A stretch of 63,679 nt of DNA, counting the filler, from Octopus bimaculoides (lineage: Eukaryota), in NCBI RefSeq assembly GCF_001194135.2. It is 5 parts of 5 records of this genome, joined end to end, with 100 filler letters (N's around TTAATTAATTAA, not from the genome) between each part and the next. Parts side by side here need not be neighbours in the genome. Positions count along the whole stretch, not along the records: positions 1 to 24,444 come from NC_069002.1; 4 more parts are not named here. One strand, given 5' to 3'. The notes under the pieces were generated by a model. The model had not been told where the DNA came from. It saw only the letters and a list, made by a program, of their open reading frames with translations, and searched no databases. Both the position numbers and the translations under genes were made by a program. Of the stretch, positions 1 to 14,072 are shown one piece after another. How positions within the stretch are numbered: position 1 is the stretch's first letter; every line of letters starts with the position of its first letter.

Positions 1-1222
1 ATATATACATACACACACGGTGGACTTTCACACAGTTTTCGTCTACCAAATTCACTCATAATGCGCAGAGTCTATTGTAGAAGACATTTATCCAAGTTAC
101 GTGTCGTGACATGAGACTGAACCCAAAACTACATGGTTGTAGAATGAGTTTCTTAACCACCTAGCCACGAGGTTTACGTGTAGTTTATATCCGTTACAAA
201 AGTTGGGTCTACATTGCCACTGGGACCCCCACGTATAACACACTTGGATAAATACATACACATACACAGACACATACACGCGCACACACACACGCACACA
301 CAAACACACAAACTAGTTAACAAACGAACAAACAAACATCAATGTGTATATGCTGTATGTATGTCTTCGCGTGTGATGTCACGTAAAATGGCTGCCAGTT
401 CAAGCAGCAAAGACCGCCAAATGGCTTAGCCTCTGTAATCTGTAGTTGCAACACCCATTACGTTGTTCCGCTAAACTTGTAGCCGATAACACTTCTCCAC
501 CACCATCACCACCACCACCACCATCATCACCACCACCACCACCGCCATAACACTTTGTTCCTAAGCGTAGGCGCAAGCATGGCTGTGTAGTTAAGAAACT
601 GGCTTTGCAACCAACTGCTTTCAAGTTCAGTCCTACTGCGAACTGGTTATTTCTACTATTGCCATGGGGCGACCAATGCTTTTTGTAAGTGAATTTGGCT
701 GACTGTAACTGTGTGAAAGCCCGTCATAAATTCGTGTGTGTGTGTGTGTGTGTGTGTGTGTTTAAGCAGTATTTCGTCTGCCGTTACGTTCTGAGTTCAA
801 ATTCCGCTGAGGTCGACTTTGCCTTTCATCCCTTCGNNNNNNNNNNNNNNNNNNNNNNNNNNNNNNNNNNNNNNNNNNNNNNNNNNNNNNNNNNNNNNNN
901 NNNNNNNNNNNNNNNNNNNNNNNNNNNNNNNNNNNNNNNNNNNNNNNNNNNNNNNNNNNNNNNNNNNNNNNNNNNNNNNNNNNNNNNNNNNNNNNNNNNN
1001 NNNNNNNNNNNNNNNNNNNNNNNNNNNNNNNNNNNNNNNNNNNNNNNNNNNNNNNNNNNNNNNNNNNNNNNNNNNNNNNNNNNNNNNNNNNNNNNNNNNN
1101 NNNNNNNNNNNNNNNNNNNNNNNNNNNNNNNNNNNNNNNNNNNNNNNNNNNNNNNNNNNNNNNNNNNNNNNNNNNNNNNNNNNNNNNNNNNNNNNNNTAT
1201 TATTATTATTATTATCATTGTA

Positions 1223-1260
<38 letters not shown>

Positions 1261-1267
1261 CATTGTA

Positions 1268-1303
<36 letters not shown>

Positions 1304-1703
1304 GTTTACTGTAAATCAATTTCCCGGTCCTCAAACGGATTTATCCTTCCATCCACCACCGTTCTCCTCTTATACATGTTCGGCCTTGGATTTGAGAAAG
1401 TCTGCCGCTGAGTAAATATACTCGTTGCTAATAAATAAAGTCCTTACATCAAGAAGGCTTTCATTTTGTGTGTGTGTGTGCATGTGTGCGTATATTTGCG
1501 TATGTTTGCGTTTGTGTGTGTGTGTGTGTGTATTTGTGTGAGTGCAATTGTGGTGAGTATGTGTGTGTGCATGAGTACATGCATGTGTAAGTGAATGCGC
1601 ATGTGGATGTGTATGTGTGCGTGGGTATGTTTGAGTGAGTGTGTGTGTATGTGCGTGTGATTGTGTGTATGCATGTGAGCATGAACGTGCGCGCGCGTGT
1701 GTA

Positions 1704-1750
<47 letters not shown>

Positions 1751-2073
1751 ATTTTGTTCCTTTTTGTTTTGGGGGGTTTTTCTGGATCTTGTCCATATTT
1801 AATCCTTTCGGGATTTATCCCTGTATGCCCTATCCCTATAGGCGCAGGCATGGCTGTGTCGTGAGAAGTTTGCTTCCCAACCACATGGTTCCGGGTTCAG
1901 TCCCACTGTATTTCACATTAGGCAAATGTCATCTAGAATACCCTCGGGTTGATATTTAATGGCCATGTGGGAAGAAGTAAATATTCTTCTTAAATCACTA
2001 GGGTCGTTGTAGTCGACTAACCCCCTCTCCCGACATTTCGGACCTTATGCCTATAGTAGAAAGTATCATTAAT

Positions 2074-2114
<41 letters not shown>

Positions 2115-4000
2115 CGTTTCCACCTTCATCTTTTCCTTTCTTTACACACCACCCTTTTCACCTTGGCCACCCCTATTTCACCCTGCCAATCATTTATTTA
2201 TATCAAATTCGTTAAGAAAACTTACAAAGTCACCGTAGCTTTATATCTGATCTTTGCTAAGATTAATCTAATCCAAACTTTTGGGTGGGATAAAAATGTT
2301 TATTAACATGATATTTTAATTAAATAGGATCTAGATCTATCTCAAAATAGATATGGAAAGAGTGGGGGGGTTAAATACAAAAAAAAAATTACATATAAAC
2401 TAAATTATTTTTATGAAATTTTATAAAAATGTGAAGAAAATTTTAAAAAATACTAAAAGCAATTATCAAAGAAAATGTAAAAATTTATCTTAAACTTAAG
2501 TTGGATCTAAATTAGTGTTTAAAATAATATTTTTTAATTAAAAAATTGTTGTAATAAGATAAGGCGAAATAAAATCGAAGAAAACTAAGGCAAATATCCT
2601 TTATAAGAAACAGTAGCAGTATTATCTTAAAATAGATATTTGTGTATCATATCAGAATACATTTGCATTAGTAAATACATTACGAAGAGATAAATTAACA
2701 ATGGTATTCATCCGGAGATAATATCTCTTATGGACGTGCCGTGTTAAAAATGCAAATGGATCAGTAGCAGACGAAAATCGTCGAACAACGGCGCTGGGAT
2801 TGCTAAATGCGCATTTTTGTTTCTTTGGACTTTCACAGACTTTTTTCAACGTACCTGCATTAAATATGATACATACATGTCTATTTTAATCCACTACTGC
2901 TTCTAATAATGTTCTTTTATTCATTGACTTGTTTCAGTCATTTGACTGTGGCCATGCTGGAGTACCATCTTTAGTCGAACAAGTCGACCCCCAAGACTTA
3001 TCCATTGTAAATCTAGTACTTATTCTATCGAGCTTTTTTGCCGAGCCACTAAGTTACGGGGACCTAAACACACCAACATCGGTTGTCAAGCGATGGTTGG
3101 GTGAAAAACACAGACACAAAAATACATACATCGACTACATATGCGGGAAATTCTGTCTGTGGGTGTGTTTGTGGAGTTGTTAGCTAACTCCTCCAACGAA
3201 TACTTGCCGGACGTCTGAGCTTCAATGTGTCCATGCCCAAGGAAGCAAGACGTTCAAGAGTATGTTAGATGCTTGAAAGAACAGGATCAAGGTGGAACAC
3301 GATCTTGAAAAAGAAATGTCGAAGTCTGCTCATTGTTCATTTCATTTTAATAGAAACGGTTTTATTCAGAATTTCTGGAAACCCGTAATTAATATAATAA
3401 ATATGAGCAGTTATAAGCACAAACATGAATGTGTATGTATGTGTGCGCGCGCATGCATGTGTGCATGTGCGTTTGTGTCTGTGTGTGCGCATATGTGTGA
3501 GCGTGGTTGTGTATGTGTGCATGTATGCGTGTGAGAGCATGTGTGTGTGTGTGTGTGTGTGTTCTGCTTTTAATTATTTAAAATTCCCATGTAAGGAAAA
3601 GACTGGTTTCTTCCAAAGACAAAAAGCTTCATCGTTGAAATGTAGTTGACAAAAAAACAAAAACCTATTTTGAAAATTGAGAAAAATATTGCATATTTTT
3701 ACTGCTCCGCTAACAGATTGTATTTGTTACGTACGTGTTAGCTGGTTGAGCTCTTTCTGAAAACGCTAGCTTATCCAGATTGTCATTTAAGCATTGACTC
3801 ACAAAATTAAGTGCCCCAGTTATCGGTATAAATGTGAATTCGTAATCTGAGTATAGAAGCTGGAAGTTTCGAGACAAATGCCCGTAGTTATCGTCTTTCT
3901 TTTCGATTTTCGAAGTGATATTCCCATAATGAGGGCAGTTGACCTCTACGACGTTGCATACATTTCTTTGTATGTCTGATGTATGTATATATACTTACAC

Positions 4001-4063
<63 letters not shown>

Positions 4064-4398
4064 TGTAAAGACATCTTTTCGCTTATCAATACGACAAATT
4101 ACACATATATACATACATACATGCATACATAGGTATACAATCATTCACACACGTATTCAACCACACCCATACAAGTATATACACACATATACACATGCAT
4201 ATATACTTATATATACGTATGTAAAAAGACGTACACTCACACAAGATAAAGAGATGATTGCTACCAGATGTTTTTCTGTTAAAGTTCTGTAATTTAATTT
4301 ATTTTCCTAGTAATTCTAACCTTTATATGACTGCATATACACATGAATGCATGTGTGTATAACACGTACGTCCATATATACAGAGATTTATATATATT

Positions 4399-4440
<42 letters not shown>

Positions 4441-4496
4441 AAGATAGAGAGGGAGAGATGCACATATGCATATATATGTATGTTTGTGTGTGTGTG

Positions 4497-4535
<39 letters not shown>

Positions 4536-4872
4536 TTATATATATATATATATGTATGTATATATATATATATATATACACACACACANNNNNNNNNNNN
4601 NNNNNNNNNNNNNNNNNNNNNNNNNNNNNNNNNNNNNNNNNNNNNNNNNNNNNNNNNNNNNNNNNNNNNNNNNNNNNNNNNNNNNNNNNNNNNNNNNNNN
4701 NNNNNNNNNNNNNNNNNNNNNNNNNNNNNNNNNNNNNNNNNNNNNNNNNNNNNNNNNNNNNNNNNNNNNNNNNNNNNNNNNNNNNNNNNNNNNNNNNNNN
4801 NNNNNNNNNNNNNNNNNNNNNNNNNNNNNNNNNNNNNNNNNNNNNNNNNNNNNNNNNNNNNNNNNNNNNNNN

Positions 4873-4904
<32 letters not shown>

Positions 4905-4905
<1 letters not shown>

Positions 4906-5085
4906 TATATGGGAGAATATACAAAAAATAACAACAGACGAGGACAGGTGGTGTAAATAACAAAAGTATATATTAGTATGACGCTCGGGAATACGGAAAG
5001 TCTTTGACGTTTCGAGCTACGCTCTTCAACAGAAAGAATACGGAGACAAGGAGAAAAACACGGAGAAAAAAAATTGAATAGTGTT
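4905..5085 (-). mobile_element. Short Penelope-like repeat with a hammerhead-like motif, copy A
   Basis: Minus strand TCTTT-CTGTTGAA-GAGC-GTA-GCTC-GAAAC-GTC-AAAGA plus a conserved downstream tail. It is homologous to 17600-17810. Confidence 0.6.
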
Positions 5086-5831
5086 CAGTCAACGGTCAAT
5101 ATATGTATATATATATACATACACGCATGCATACACACATATACACACACACACACATACTCACTTATACACACACACACGTATGTCAACTTGCATTTAT
5201 ACACACATACATACGGTGTCAAATCAACTGGGTGTATTAAATTCTAGTTTTGCTTTTGTGCATCAGATAGCGTCAGGTTTACCTTGTATTTTCTTTGTTA
5301 AACGAATAATAAAATGAAGAGGTCATTGAAAAGAATTGAAATATGTTGAAACTGTAGCATGAGGTTATAATTAATTTTTTTGAAAAAGTGTCACTGAAAA
5401 CTGGGGTTTTAATTTGTTGACAACGCATGACTGCCTATAATGAATGTACAGTTAGTTCCTACCCAGTCCTTTTCCCTGGTTATTCTTGAATTCCTACAGA
5501 CAAGAATAAAGGGTAGAAACTTCGTAGAAATAACGAGAAAAATTCCTTTTTTCAATTCCGCAATTCATAATAAACTTTACATCTGCGCGTACAGATTACT
5601 GATGTCGTCTGTCATAATGCTTGAAGCCAATTTCGACAGTCATATAATAACGTTCGAGATCATGTGATAGTGTTCCTAATCATGTGATAATATGCCTGTC
5701 TATGTGATAATGTTCCCCTGCCAACTTTTCCAAGCATGTAATGTTCACAGCGATGTAATAATATTCGCATACATGCAACAATACTCGCAGCCATTTTACC
5801 AACCACGGGACAGTGTACATAGGCAATTTTG

Positions 5832-5834
<3 letters not shown>

Positions 5835-5919
<85 letters not shown>
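5835..5919. repeat. (CT)n microsatellite, representative of dozens of (AT)n, (GT)n, (CATA)n and (GATA)n tracts in the window
   Basis: Direct reading. Most N gaps begin or end in such tracts. Confidence 0.95.
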
Positions 5920-5922
<3 letters not shown>

Positions 5923-5929
5923 ACAAACA

Positions 5930-6540
5930 ACTTGCACATGCAAGTGCTACCAGTCGAGAATTCCGCCAGCAAGTGTATGGGGTCATCAGGAGAGAATGCA
6001 CACCGTTTCGAGGCCTACCTCTCGACGGCATCAATGCGTACCGGCCCCCACTCACTGATATGAGGCCCCGATTGTTAGATCAACTGGTTATTAAATAAAG
6101 CTCAATATTCCTCTAGCCATCGCTCATCGTCTTAAATCCAGTGGTTAGCCTTCTCCACTGTAGTTTGGATATCGGTCATGGTGGTATTTACTTTACGATT
6201 AGTTAGGCCTAACGATAACAACTGTCGTCTCACACTGTGTCCTACAAACCCTCTACATCCGACTTCGATTGGAAAATGCTCTGCTTTCCAGCCTGCGTCT
6301 TCACATTCCTCGAGGAGGTTTACATAACGGTCAAGCTTTCGAGCCCGAGCGGCGTTCGTGTTATTTTCATGAGGAACCGTTAACTCGACTAGATTTACAA
6401 CTTCCCTTCTTTCACACCACATTAAAATGTCCGGTTTTTCCCTAACTGAGATGGGAAAGAGTCCATGGCACCCTGGTAAATCTGCAGTCACCTCCCAATA
6501 GCCATTTCACTTTTCATCCCTCACAGGAAATTTGTTGTTC
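5930..6540 (-). mobile_element. 5'-truncated non-LTR retrotransposon with a restriction-like endonuclease domain (R2/HERO-like group) and its 3' UTR
   Basis: ORF 6132-6491 contains KPDIL...VELTVPHE...RKLDRY...PIEVGCRGFVG, which fits the PD-(D/E)xK and KxxKY motifs of RLE retrotransposons. It is followed by a ~200-nt UTR that ends at a (GA)n tract. Confidence 0.85.
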
Positions 6541-9500
6541 TTTTTCTTGAAACGGATCCAATGACCTGAGCGCACGAAGGTACTTAAATCTCTAGCTAGT
6601 TATATAAAAGAAACTCTTTAAAAAGAAAACAGAAAGGCACGAACCTTTTAAGTAGGAAGCTTTCGTATTGTGTTCAAGCGCTTTCGCTGTTTACAGTCTA
6701 TCAGACACATGTGTTATGGAATTATCTGTGTAGAGGAAGTTGTTTTTAGACAAGCACACGTCACTATATAAAGGGTATGATTTTTTAAAATAATATTGAA
6801 ATAATATTTTACATATAAACAATGAGGACCATGTAGACAGGTGATAGGTTTCTAATAACAGCAGGTTGTCTAATTAACCAATGTGTTTTGCAGGATTAAT
6901 TAATCATAATTTGTAACATATTTAATTAAGCAATGCTTAATGCACATTTAATTAAACAGTGTCTGATGCAAGTTTAATTGCAATCAAGTTATGATAGAAA
7001 TATGATACCAAAATAAATAATTACAATAATCTAATTAAGTACCGTTGTCGGCTCATATAAAAAAATCCAAGATGTGAATGGAATTATAATACACGGCTGA
7101 GACTGAGATATAGGTCAGTAAAAATATAGAACAATTCCATGGGAAATTAAATGGAATAATGAACTATACTTCGATGTTATTTCCTTTTGTTGTTTAAGTA
7201 CAAAGTAATACAAGATAACCGACCAGACAATGTCATAGAGGATTAGCGATGCATTGAAGTTCTTTTATCTTGTACTTGCTTCAGTCATTGAACTGCGTCC
7301 TTGAAGGAGCTGGTCGAACAAATTGACATTTTTTTTCTTTTATTCTTTTACTTGGTTCAATCATTTGGTTGTGGCCATGCTGGAGCACCGCCTTAAAGGG
7401 TTTTAGTCGTACAACTCGACCCCATGACTTATTTCTTAAGCCTAGTGTTTATTCTAGCTGCCTCTTAGCCGAACCGCTAGGTTACGTGATCGTAAACACA
7501 CCCACACCGGTTGCCAAGTGGTGATGGGGGGACAAACCCAGACACAAAAACACACATCTGTACTTTTTTTTTTCAAAAATCTAGTAAGGCTCTGGTTAAG
7601 GAGTTCTGGAATTGTGAGGAATGTGAAGATAACCTTGCCTTTCGTCCTTTCATGTTCGATAAAATAAGTACCAGTCGAATACTGGGGGCGACTTAATCGA
7701 CTAGCCAAATTCTTCCAACCAAATTCCAGGCCTTGTGTCTATAATAGAAATTATTATTGCACCGTCCTTAACTTTGGGTTTACTGTGTTTTGTGATTTCT
7801 TTATTTCGTTATTTCATCATCATCATCATTACCATCATCATCACCACCACCACCATCATCATCATCATCGTTACTACCATTATTATCATCATCACCAGCA
7901 CCATCACCATCATCATCATCACCACCAATATTATCATTATCAACACCACCACACCACTACTACCACAACCACCACAACCACCACCACAACCATCACCAAC
8001 GCCGACATCGTAATTTAAGGAGCCGTCATCGTTGTCATTGCTTCTGTCATTTGTCACATGATGTGTGCCTCAGATAAACATACCTCGCCGCCGCGCCCAC
8101 CCCACCTTGCCCTCTCAGTCGGTCAGTACAAAAATGGCGGTGAAGACGTCAATTATAAGCAGAAACATANNNNNNNNNNNNNNNNNNNNNNNNNNNNNNN
8201 NNNNNNNNNNNNNNNNNNNNNNNNNNNNNNNNNNNNNNNNNNNNNNNNNNNNNNNNNNNNNNNNNNNNNNNNNNNNNNNNNNNNNNNNNNNNNNNNNNNN
8301 NNNNNNNNNNNNNNNNNNNNNNNNNNNNNNNNNNNNNNNNNNNNNNNNNNNNNNNNNNNNNNNNNNNNNNNNNNNNNNNNNNNNNNNNNNNNNNNNNNNN
8401 NNNNNNNNNNNNNNNNNNNNNNNNNNNNNNNNNNNNNNNNNNNNNNNNNNNNNNNNNNNNNNNNNNNNNNNNNNNNNNNNNNNNNNNNNNNNNNNNNNNN
8501 NNNNNNNNNNNNNNNNNNNNNNNNNNNNNNNNNNNNNNNNNNNNNNNNNNNNNNNNNNNNNNNNNNNNNNNNNNNNNNNNNNNNNNNNNNNNNNNNNNNN
8601 NNNNNNNNNNNNNNNNNNNNNNNNNNNNNNNNNNNNNNNNNNNNNNNNNNNNNNNNNNNNNNNNNNNNNNNNNNNNNNNNNNNNNNNNNNNNNNNNNNNN
8701 NNNNNNNNNNNNNNNNNNNNNNNNNNNNNNNNNNNNNNNNNNNNNNNNNNNNNNNNNNNNNNNNNNNNNNNNNNNNNNNNNNATATATATATATATATAT
8801 ATATATAAACGCACATACATAAACGGAAAAACCTATATATGTGTATATACGCAAATGAATTCATATGAACGCTTGTATGCATGTACGTATGTATATATGT
8901 GTGTATCTATGCGTGTATATATGCATGTATGTATATATATGTATGTATGTATGTATGTACGTACGTATGTGTGTGTATGTGTTTATGCATGCATGTATGT
9001 ATGAATGTATGTATGTATGAATGTATGTATGTATGTATGTATGTATGTATGTATGTATGTATGTGTGTGTATATATTTATGCATATATGCCTGTATGTAC
9101 GTATGAGTGTATGTATTTGTGTGTGTACGATTCTAAACAGATGCAATTCTCTATGTCAAGTGTGCGTCAGTGATAAGCATATTTATATAAGGGCATTTGA
9201 TGTTTCTGTCTGTTTATATATACAATTACAATATGTGTAACAAAAAACAAAAAAAAAAACTTAAAAAAAAAACTAAAAAAAAAGATAATAATAAAATAAA
9301 AATAAAGAAAACGAAAGTGTTTCAAGAAATATGTCAATGAGAAGAATCGGAGGATGTGAATAACCTGAGGGTTATTCTCTGCCAAATAACGGTTTACTCA
9401 AATTCTAAACAATCGAGACTCGTGACTCACGCCTTGCAATTTACCATTGTGAATTGCCTTTGAATGATATAACAAATGCAAAGTTATCTAGGCGGGGTTA

Positions 9501-9799
9501 AGAACCTTGGTTAATACTACACAATGACAGGTGAAGTAATGTGTTTATTATAATCTGGGGCTGAGACAATCAAATATAACATAATTTGATTTTATTGCTT
9601 AAATTAATCTGTTACCTAACATCTCAATGTTCTAATAAGGCGCAAATGTAAACTGTTTGTGAGAAGCTTGCTTCCCGACCACATGGTTCCGGGTTCAGTC
9701 CCACTGCGTGGCAACTTGGGTAAGTCCCTTCTACTGTAGCCTCGGGCCGATCAAAGCCTTGTGAATGGATTTGATAGAAAAAGCCTGTCATATCTATGT

Positions 9800-9842
<43 letters not shown>

Positions 9843-10733
9843 AGGACTACATCCTAAAATAAAGTGGTGCTCTGTGTTTCATTAACAAACAAATATATAA
9901 TTCATATATCTATACTCAAAAGCTTACAGTTATATATATATAACTATTAAGTTTCTTATTTATTTGTGATATTTAAATAGAAATTTATATATTACACAAT
10001 CCACAAAAAATATATTTATTAGAAATAACCAGAGTTACATCTAGTTCAAACAACGACAGCCGCAGATCCCAATATTCAATTTATTCACTACAATAAAATT
10101 AATACAAATAATCTGTAATTAGAAATATTAGAGAATACGAAGATTTTCCTGTGATATGAACAGCCTGGTTCGCTTTTGATCAGGCGTCAGAAGACGTGAT
10201 ACTCACAGAGGAGAAATCCTATTCATGCCAAGTTCACTGTGCAGAATATTCTCAACTCTCTCACGGGATATGCTGATACAATTGACTCTTTGATTTATAG
10301 ACAGTCGCTTGTCGTCCAAAACGAAACAAGTAATGCAGAGAAGTATTGTCGTCTGTTCGAAGCATTGCACGAAACATCGTAGAAAAAGCCCACATCGTTA
10401 GTCATTTACAAAAGTGGTGTTACTCTTATATGATCATAGTCTCCTGACTTTGTTTCGTCTGGCAATCATCGTTTCGGACCATTGTGATATTATTTAGAGG
10501 GGAAAGGGTTTATGAATTGTGAAGAGGTAAAAAAATGATATTGTGTGTTTTTTTGCTCCGAAACGTGTAAAAATGTTACGCTTGGAGGATCAACAATTTG
10601 CCAAATAGATGGGATTATGTTATAAATAACATGGGGAAATATTATCTTGATTAATTATATCAATTAAGACCGAATAAGCATTTGTTTCTTTCCCGTCTTG
10701 AAATACAGCTGGACTTTCTTTCCAATCTGATAC

Positions 10734-10764
<31 letters not shown>

Positions 10765-10814
10765 TTATTTAAGGAATCTACTATTTTAAGGTACCTTCCT
10801 TGGCTTGTGGTTGG

Positions 10815-11360
10815 TGTTGCTGCTGCTGCTGCTGCTGCTGTTGTTATTACTGTTGTTGTTGTTGCTTTTATTTCCCCGCTCTTTGAAACTACCACAGGGT
10901 TTCAGTAATAATTTAAAAAAAGAAACTACCACCAGTACTATAACACCACCGCCGCCGCCACTACTATTAACACTACTATTTCCACTACCGCTATCACTAC
11001 CACAACCACCTCCACCATCAGAACTGTTTTTACTACTGCTGTTTCGACTAAAACTACTACCTACACAACTACTTTTCCTTCTTTTACCACAACCACTGTG
11101 ACTACCACTACTACTACTACAACTACCACTGCTACTACTATTACTACTACTACTACTACTACTACTATTACTACTACTTTTACTACTACCATTGCAACTA
11201 CAAGCACTACTACTACTTCCACCGTGGTTACTTTTACTACTACTACTACAACTATTACTACTACTTCTAATGCTAAAACTAATAGCACTACCACCGCCGC
11301 CACCACCACCACTACTACTATTACTACTACCAAATTCATTACTACCATTATTGTCACTCA
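10815..11360. repeat. Compound trinucleotide microsatellite ((GCT)n, (TGT)n, (ACT)n, (ACC)n)
   Basis: Direct reading. Similar compound tracts occur at 7815-8000 and 20020-20660. Confidence 0.9.
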
Positions 11361-11421
11361 TCAGGCAGCAATTGTGTAATATAACTTGATGCAAAGGAAT
11401 TACATACAAACACATAACCTC

Positions 11422-11465
<44 letters not shown>

Positions 11466-12464
11466 NNNNNNNNNNNNNNNNNNNNNNNNNNNNNNNNNNN
11501 NNNNNNNNNNNNNNNNNNNNNNNNNNNNNNNNNNNNNNNNNNNNNNNNNNNNNNNNNNNNNNNNNNNNNNNNNNNNNNNNNNNNNNNNNNNNNNNNNNNN
11601 NNNNNNNNNNNNNNNNNNNNNNNNNNNNNNNNNNNNNNNNNNNNNNNNNNNNNNNNNNNNNNNNNNNNNNNNNNNNNNNNNNNNNNNNNNNNNNNNNNNN
11701 NNNNNNNNNNNNNNNNNNNNNNNNNNNNNNNNNNNNNNNNNNNNNNNNNNNNNNNNNNNNNNNNNNNNNNNNNNNNNNNNNNNNNNNNNNNNNNNNNNNN
11801 NNNNNNNNNNNNNNNNNNNNNNNNNNNNNNNNNNNNNNNNNNNNNNNNNNNNNNNNNNNNNNNNNNNNNNNNNNNNNNNNNNNNNNNNNNNNNNNNNNNN
11901 NNNNNNNNNNNNNNNNNNNNNNNNNNNNNNNNNNNNNNNNNNNNNNNNNNNNNNNNNNNNNNNNNNNNNNNNNNNNNNNNNNNNNNNNNNNNNNNNNNNN
12001 NNNNNNNNNNNNNNNNNNNNNNNNNNNNNNNNNNNNNNNNNNNNNNNNNNNNNNNNNNNNNNNNNNNNNNNNNNNNNNNNNNNNNNNNNNNNNNNNNNNN
12101 NNNNNNNNNNNNNNNNNNNNNNNNNNNNNNNNNNNNNNNNNNNNNNNNNNNNNNNNNNNNNNNNNNNNNNNNNNNNNNNNNNNNNNNNNNNNNNNNNNNN
12201 NNNNNNNNNNNNNNNNNNNNNNNNNNNNNNNNNNNNNNNNNNNNNNNNNNNNNNNNNNNNNNNNNNNNNNNNNNNNNNNNNNNNNNNTATATATATATAC
12301 ACACACTAATTATAAAAATGAAAATCATTTTTCCTATAAATTTATTAGTAAAAAGTTATTAGGCTTTATTTTTTCAAAATTTGTGTATTTTAGCCAATCA
12401 GAAACCGGCATTTTACACATCATTTCAAGATGTAGTGACTCAGACCACAAGGATCCACTGCTGT

Positions 12465-12735
12465 GAGGGAGTTTAGTCGAACAAATCGACCCCAGGACTT
12501 ATTCTATCGGACTTTTTTACCGAACCGCTAGGTTACGAAGATGTAAATACACACTCAAAGACATAGATATAAACGTATATATATCCATATATACGACAGG
12601 GTTCTTTCAGTTTCCACAATCAAATCCACTCAGAAGGCTTTGGTCGGCCCCTGGTTATAGTAAAAGATACTTACTCAAGGTGCCACACAGTGAGATTGAA
12701 CCAGGGACCATGTGGTTGGGAAGCAAGCTTCTTAT
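12465..12735 (-). mobile_element. SINE family 1, partial. Other partial copies lie near 567-725, 1838-1908, 2915-3125, 7345-7555, 9636-9790, 18875-18965, 32185-32400, 36870-37075, 39625-39770, 43865-44050, 54955-55160, 57135-57295 and 62848-62925
   Basis: Shared diagnostic blocks: GTCGAACAAATCGACCCC, CCAAAGCCTTGTGAGTGGATTTG and CCCAACCACATGGTTCCGGGTTCAGTCCCACTG. Confidence 0.75.
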
Positions 12736-12852
12736 ATAAAGGCGTTTAGCTCTTATTTCTAGCAATGTAGGTGCTACCCTGCACCATCAGTCACAATTAG
12801 TGATAATTGAAATTTTCCTTTTCGGTTATATGTATGTATATATGTATGTATG

Positions 12853-13050
12853 AGGTCGAATACGAGTCAGTGGAAGCAGTAGGTGCGGCCACACATCAGT
12901 GAGGGAAGGGCAGCGCACTGTAAAGCAGACGAGAGGAAGGCCCCCGAAATGGGTGCGCATTCTCTGCTGATGAACCGTGAAACTTACTGGCATCCGGTAT
13001 GCAGAGATTTCGACTGATTGCACTTCCACTAGTAAGCTGTCTCCAATTCT
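12853..13050 (+). mobile_element. 3' UTR-only copy related to the RLE element at 5930-6540
   Basis: Aligns by eye to the minus strand of 5941-6062 (ATCAGTGAG...CGAGAGG.AGGCC.CGAAA...GCATTCTCT.CTGATGA...TCGACTG...GCACTT). Confidence 0.7.
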
Positions 13051-13071
13051 CTCTCGCTCTCGCTCTCTCTT

Positions 13072-13510
13072 TCTCTTCACATATCCTTCATTGCTGACAA
13101 CCCCTAAAACCATGACAGTTGCAGGAAATTTTGTATGCATAACACTTGGAACTTCAGATGGGTCTTCATATAACCGTTTGTCATTTCTTGTCAACTTTTT
13201 GATCTTGGTCGAAGTTTTTCTCGTTTGAGAAGAACCAAATCAAATCTTCTGCTAGGTTTTTCAGTTTGTCTAAGAGCCTTTTAGATCTGATGTAGTGATT
13301 TTCTTTTGTTTTTTCGAACAAATTGACCTTTTCTCATCATATAAGACTTATATCTGATGTCTTCGTGGACAACATTTCTGACTGTTCCTTCTGACAAATG
13401 GAGATCTTTTGCAATTGACATCATGGACTTTCTGGGATTGTAATCAATGGTTTGTTTAACTTTTCCGTGAACGTTTCCTAACCCAGGATGAGTGTTGGTT
13501 TTTATCACTC
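13072..13510 (-). mobile_element. Degenerate Tc1/mariner transposase fragment, maT (DD37D)-like
   Basis: Broken frames give RKSMMSIAKDLHLSEGTVRNVVHEDIRYKSY (HTH region) and RNDKRLYEDPSEVPSVMHTKFPATVMVLGVVSNEG, typical of maT/Bmmar1-like transposases. Confidence 0.8.
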
Positions 13511-13519
13511 TGACCTAGA

Positions 13520-13868
13520 GACAAAGAGACAATCCATGCAGTAAAAACACCACACCTTGCTTGCTCCAAAGAAAGCCAAGGTCGTTTCATCTGCAGGAAA
13601 GGTGATGGCTTTAGTTTTTGTGTTTTTTGTGCTTATTGAATACAGTCAAAAGAGCTACATCATCAAAGAGAGTACAATTTGCTGAGGCAGTTACAAAAGT
13701 TATCAAAACCAAACGCCCAGGTAAACTGACAAAAGGGGTCTTGTTTCATCAAAATAATTCTCCAGCTCACAAGTTCTTGGTTTCTATGGCTGTCGTACGT
13801 GACTGTGGCTTTGAGATGGTTGATCGCCTTTCCTATTTTCCTGATTTGGCCCCATTTGACTATTATTT
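13520..13868 (+). mobile_element. Degenerate mariner (DD34D) transposase fragment
   Basis: QSMQ*KH...PKKAKVVSSAGKVMALVF and IKTKRPGKLTKGVLFHQNNSPAHK...YFPDLAPFDYYLF, a decayed form of HDNAPAH/YSPDLAPSDYYLF. Confidence 0.85.
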
Positions 13869-13869
13869 G

Positions 13870-13983
13870 TTCCGGGTTCAGTCCTACTGCGTGACACCTT
13901 GGGCAAGTGTCTTATACTATAGCTTCTAGCCGACCAAAGCCTTGTGAGAGGATTTGGTAGACGGAAACTGAAAGAAGCCCGTC

Positions 13984-14072
<89 letters not shown>

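Noticed and set aside
6855-6985. Cluster of TAATTA homeodomain-like sites
   Set aside because: Such words are expected by chance in very AT-rich DNA, and I have no conservation data to support an enhancer.
7735-8057. Poly-His, poly-Ile and poly-Met ORFs
   Set aside because: These come from a (CAT)n/(CAC)n microsatellite.
10197-10275. TEEKSYSCQVHC, resembling a C2H2 zinc-finger linker
   Set aside because: There is no His pair, a stop follows shortly, and there is no tandem repetition.
10786-11389. Long ORFs rich in Thr, Ser, Val or Leu (mucin-like or transmembrane-like)
   Set aside because: All six frames are open only because of compound trinucleotide microsatellites. There are no splice signals or domain content.
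5835-13075. Possible (GA/CT)n target-site specificity of the RLE retrotransposon
   Set aside because: Both copies end near AG/CT repeats, but on opposite strands relative to the element, and such tracts are very common here. Two copies are not enough evidence.
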